A stretch of 64,000 nt of DNA from Thermoplasmataceae archaeon (lineage in GTDB: Archaea; Thermoplasmatota; Thermoplasmata; Thermoplasmatales; Thermoplasmataceae), in contig JBJKSW010000004.1 of the NCBI GenBank assembly GCA_046703525.1, positions 11,638-75,637 on the forward strand. Reading direction: 5' to 3'. The translations under genes and the position numbers were made by a program. The notes under the pieces were generated by a model. It saw nothing but the letters and a program-made list of their open reading frames with translations. It had not been told where the DNA came from and ran no database searches. This document shows, in pieces, positions 61,536 through 64,000 of the stretch (the stretch's first letter is position 1; the number at the start of each line of letters is the position of its first letter).

Positions 61536-64000
61536 CTACTTTCTTCTTCCCTTGGTGTATACTATGAATATCACCAGAAGGCCGATTGCACTAATGGCAA
61601 TCAGTATGTACACCACCAGGCTGTTCAGAGGAACAGTGGCAGGTATTGTCTTCGGTGGAACGTATACAGTCTTGGTTACGGGCTTGAAAGTAACAAATGT
61701 GGTGCTGTTTGCTCCCTTTACAGTGACATTCACTGATTTTTCTGTCACGTTGTATCCGTTTATGTTCACAAGGTTGAATGTGTATGTTCCATTGACAAGG
61801 TTGAAAGTAATATTGCTTGTGGATACAGTGTGGTTAACTCCGCCAAGTGTTACATACCAGGTAGTGTTTTTCGGAAGGCCTGATTCCTTGAGTGTAACGC
61901 CATAGTAGACAGGGGCGAAGGAAACAGACACGCTGGTTCCCGCACCATTAATGGTGAACTGCCCGGATGTCGGGGATGAGACCGTCTTGTTCTCCGATGC
62001 CACCGTGTAGGAATAAGTTCCGTTTAACAAAGAAAATTCTATTGTGGAAGAGGTGGAATTCAAGGCATATGTCCTGCCGGTATCGCTTGTGAGATTAACG
62101 TACCAGGTATCTCCGGACGGGAGGCTTGTTGTATCCTTGAAAACTGCTGTGTAGATATAGAGCCTGAAAGTTATGCTCTCGCTCATGCTGGTCCCGTTTA
62201 CATAGAGTGTTCCAGAGGCTGGTGTTGAGACGTAATTGTCAGATGTCAGTATCATGAATGAATAAGTTCCGTTGGTGAGGTTGAATGTCAGTGAAGTGGA
62301 TGCATTTGTCACCTGTACTCCGGAGCCAGATATAAGGACGCCCCACTGCGTTCCAGAAGACAGGTTGAGTTCATTGAATGTTACGTTGTACTCTTCAGAA
62401 TGGAATGCAACTGTTATCACCTGGCTTGTTCCCGCAACACGCACAAGGGAGTCGGAAGGAACAGGGTTATGGTTTGCAACGGGTATTGTGTTGAATATGT
62501 ATGAGCCGTTCTCTTTCTGCAATACCATGGAGCTCTGGTTGGTCCCGTATACCTTTCCTGCAAGTGAAAAAGACCAGAATGTGCCCGTGGACAGCCCGCT
62601 TTCCTGAACAGTGACATCAAACAGCCTCTGTGCATATGAGACATTAACAGTGGTGTCTTTTCCGGTCATGTATAATGAACCCGAGGAAGCACTGCTCAGG
62701 TAATTGCCTGAGGGCTCCACCATGTAGTAGTATGAGCCGTTTCCAACAGTGAAAGTTATGTTGCTTCCTGTCAGGGAAGACTTGATCATTCCTCCAAGAT
62801 ATACTGACCATGTTGTGCCGGACGGCAGCCCCTGCTCATTGAAAGTGACTGTGTGCGCATCATCATAGAATGAGAAAGCTGTTGTAACTGACTTCCCGCT
62901 TGCGCTCAGAACTCCCGATGACTGTTTCGGATGGAATGCCCCCACTGTGTAGGTGAAATACCTGTAAGTCGAGTTCTGGACAGTGAAGCTTATTGTTCCA
63001 TATATGGAAGTCTTGGAAATTATGTTGCCGTAAGAGGTCGCTATTGATGCCGTCCACTGCGTATATGCAGGCAGCCCGCTCTCCTGGAATGTGAGAGTTG
63101 TGGCATCAGAGACAAAATTGACTGTCGTGAGGTTTGAAGGCACATAATCGGTACCGTTGACGGTTACCGTTCCCTGGTTAAGCTGAGGATGGTAGAATCC
63201 CGTGTCAACGAGCCTGTATGTGTATGTTCCGTTTGGAACACTGAACATCAGAGAGCCTGTCTGTGTGGATTCCACATATGTCTGGCCCGACGGGTAAGAT
63301 AGGGCAACGCTCCATGTTGTGTTGTATGGGAGGCCATTTTCCTTGAATACAAGGGGATGGTTGCCGTTCACGAATGTAACGTTAACTTCCCGTACCGTTG
63401 AAAGATCTATTATTCCTGAGATTACGGTGGGATAATAGCTCCCGACACTTGGAATCGAGTAGAAATAAGTCCCGGTGTGGACAGTAATGACATTGTCCTG
63501 GAAATTAGTCGAAAACGATGAGGCGCCTGAAGTGTTGTTAAGCCCTACGGTCCAGTGCGTGCTTGCAGGCAGTCCTGATTCGACAAAAACGACAGTGGAG
63601 TTTGAACTTGTGCTTGTCAGTGCTGATGTGTTCGTGAAATTCTCAATCACATTCGTGTTGGAGGAAAGAGTAATGACGCCTGTCCTCGGGAACACTGTAT
63701 AGCCGCTGAGGGTGCTGACAGCAAAACTGTATGAACCGCCTGGAAGTAGGAATGAGAGCGTTGAAGTATTGGAATATTCTCTGATATAAGACTTGGACGT
63801 TGAATTGGTGACAGTAACTGACCATTCTGCAATTACAGATCTTCCATTGGAAGAAAACACTGGAAGGCTCTTTTCCGTGAATTTAAGTGTGTAATTTATG
63901 GCCGTGAATGATATGGGAACCAGATAGCTGTTGTCTGTAACGTTGACATATCCGGACTTTACTGAGGGCCTGTAATCATTGAGCTTCAGAACAGAGAAAG
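61536..64000 (-). CDS. Very large repeat-built surface (S-layer/adhesin-like) protein, C-terminally TM-anchored; the N-terminus lies outside the window
   Basis: The reading frame stays open upstream of the track GTG (63860) to the window edge. There are at least 9 tandem ~80-aa units of the same type as in 22360..23286, dozens of N-x-S/T sequons, and a C-terminal TM helix plus KGRRK. Confidence 0.75.
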   Translation of the reverse strand, partial: FSVLKLNDYRPSVKSGYVNVTDNSYLVPISFTAINYTLKFTEKSLPVFSSNGRSVIAEWSVTVTNSTSKSYIREYSNTSTLSFLLPGGSYSFAVSTLSGYTVFPRTGVITLSSNTNVIENFTNTSALTSTSSNSTVVFVESGLPASTHWTVGLNNTSGASSFSTNFQDNVITVHTGTYFYSIPSVGSYYPTVISGIIDLSTVREVNVTFVNGNHPLVFKENGLPYNTTWSVALSYPSGQTYVESTQTGSLMFSVPNGTYTYRLVDTGFYHPQLNQGTVTVNGTDYVPSNLTTVNFVSDATTLTFQESGLPAYTQWTASIATSYGNIISKTSIYGTISFTVQNSTYRYFTYTVGAFHPKQSSGVLSASGKSVTTAFSFYDDAHTVTFNEQGLPSGTTWSVYLGGMIKSSLTGSNITFTVGNGSYYYMVEPSGNYLSSASSGSLYMTGKDTTVNVSYAQRLFDVTVQESGLSTGTFWSFSLAGKVYGTNQSSMVLQKENGSYIFNTIPVANHNPVPSDSLVRVAGTSQVITVAFHSEEYNVTFNELNLSSGTQWGVLISGSGVQVTNASTSLTFNLTNGTYSFMILTSDNYVSTPASGTLYVNGTSMSESITFRLYIYTAVFKDTTSLPSGDTWYVNLTSDTGRTYALNSTSSTIEFSLLNGTYSYTVASENKTVSSPTSGQFTINGAGTSVSVSFAPVYYGVTLKESGLPKNTTWYVTLGGVNHTVSTSNITFNLVNGTYTFNLVNINGYNVTEKSVNVTVKGANSTTFVTFKPVTKTVYVPPKTIPATVPLNSLVVYILIAISAIGLLVIFIVYTKGRRK

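Noticed and set aside
1-64000. CRISPR arrays, rRNA genes, insertion sequences
   Set aside because: Reading all intergenic regions, I saw no regularly spaced direct repeats, no rRNA-like conserved stretches and no terminal-inverted-repeat-flanked transposase ORFs.

Overview
This is a gene-dense, roughly 90% coding chromosomal segment from an archaeon, most likely of the class Thermoplasmata. That inference rests on gene content: thermopsin-type surface proteins, a class II HMG-CoA reductase, an HTH-fused CTP-type riboflavin kinase (RbkR-like), an aIF2-beta with a C-terminal TRAM-like extension, a NaPRTase with a zinc knuckle, DUF211, Dph6, and TATA-like boxes about 25-30 nt upstream of start codons. 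I call about 70 CDS, 2 tRNAs (Ser-GCU, Asp-GUC) and a few candidate regulatory palindromes, repeats and hairpins. I saw no rRNA, CRISPR array, transposase, integrase or obvious defence island. Most content is housekeeping or metabolic. It includes cysS, the pncA-pncB NAD salvage pair, citrate synthase, pyrBI, purB, hmgA and a fatty-acid-oxidation-like gene pair. A large molybdenum-cofactor cluster (moaA-moaD-moeB, moaB-moaC-MocA-like, xdhC, moaE) wraps a three-subunit xanthine-dehydrogenase-family molybdoenzyme. There are also a P-type ATPase, an NRAMP transporter, and two very large repeat-built, sequon-rich, C-terminally anchored surface proteins. The most interesting locus is 39.8-41.3 kb. 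There, a long AT-rich repeat-bearing non-coding region is followed by a tandem ribbon-helix-helix gene, tightly coupled to a short FtsZ/tubulin-like gene whose GTP-binding signature is degenerate. I do not recognise this combination as a described system. All homology statements come from motif recognition by eye, since no searches could be run. Many ORF-track starts are TTG or GTG, and I trimmed them to the first plausible start where homology suggested it.
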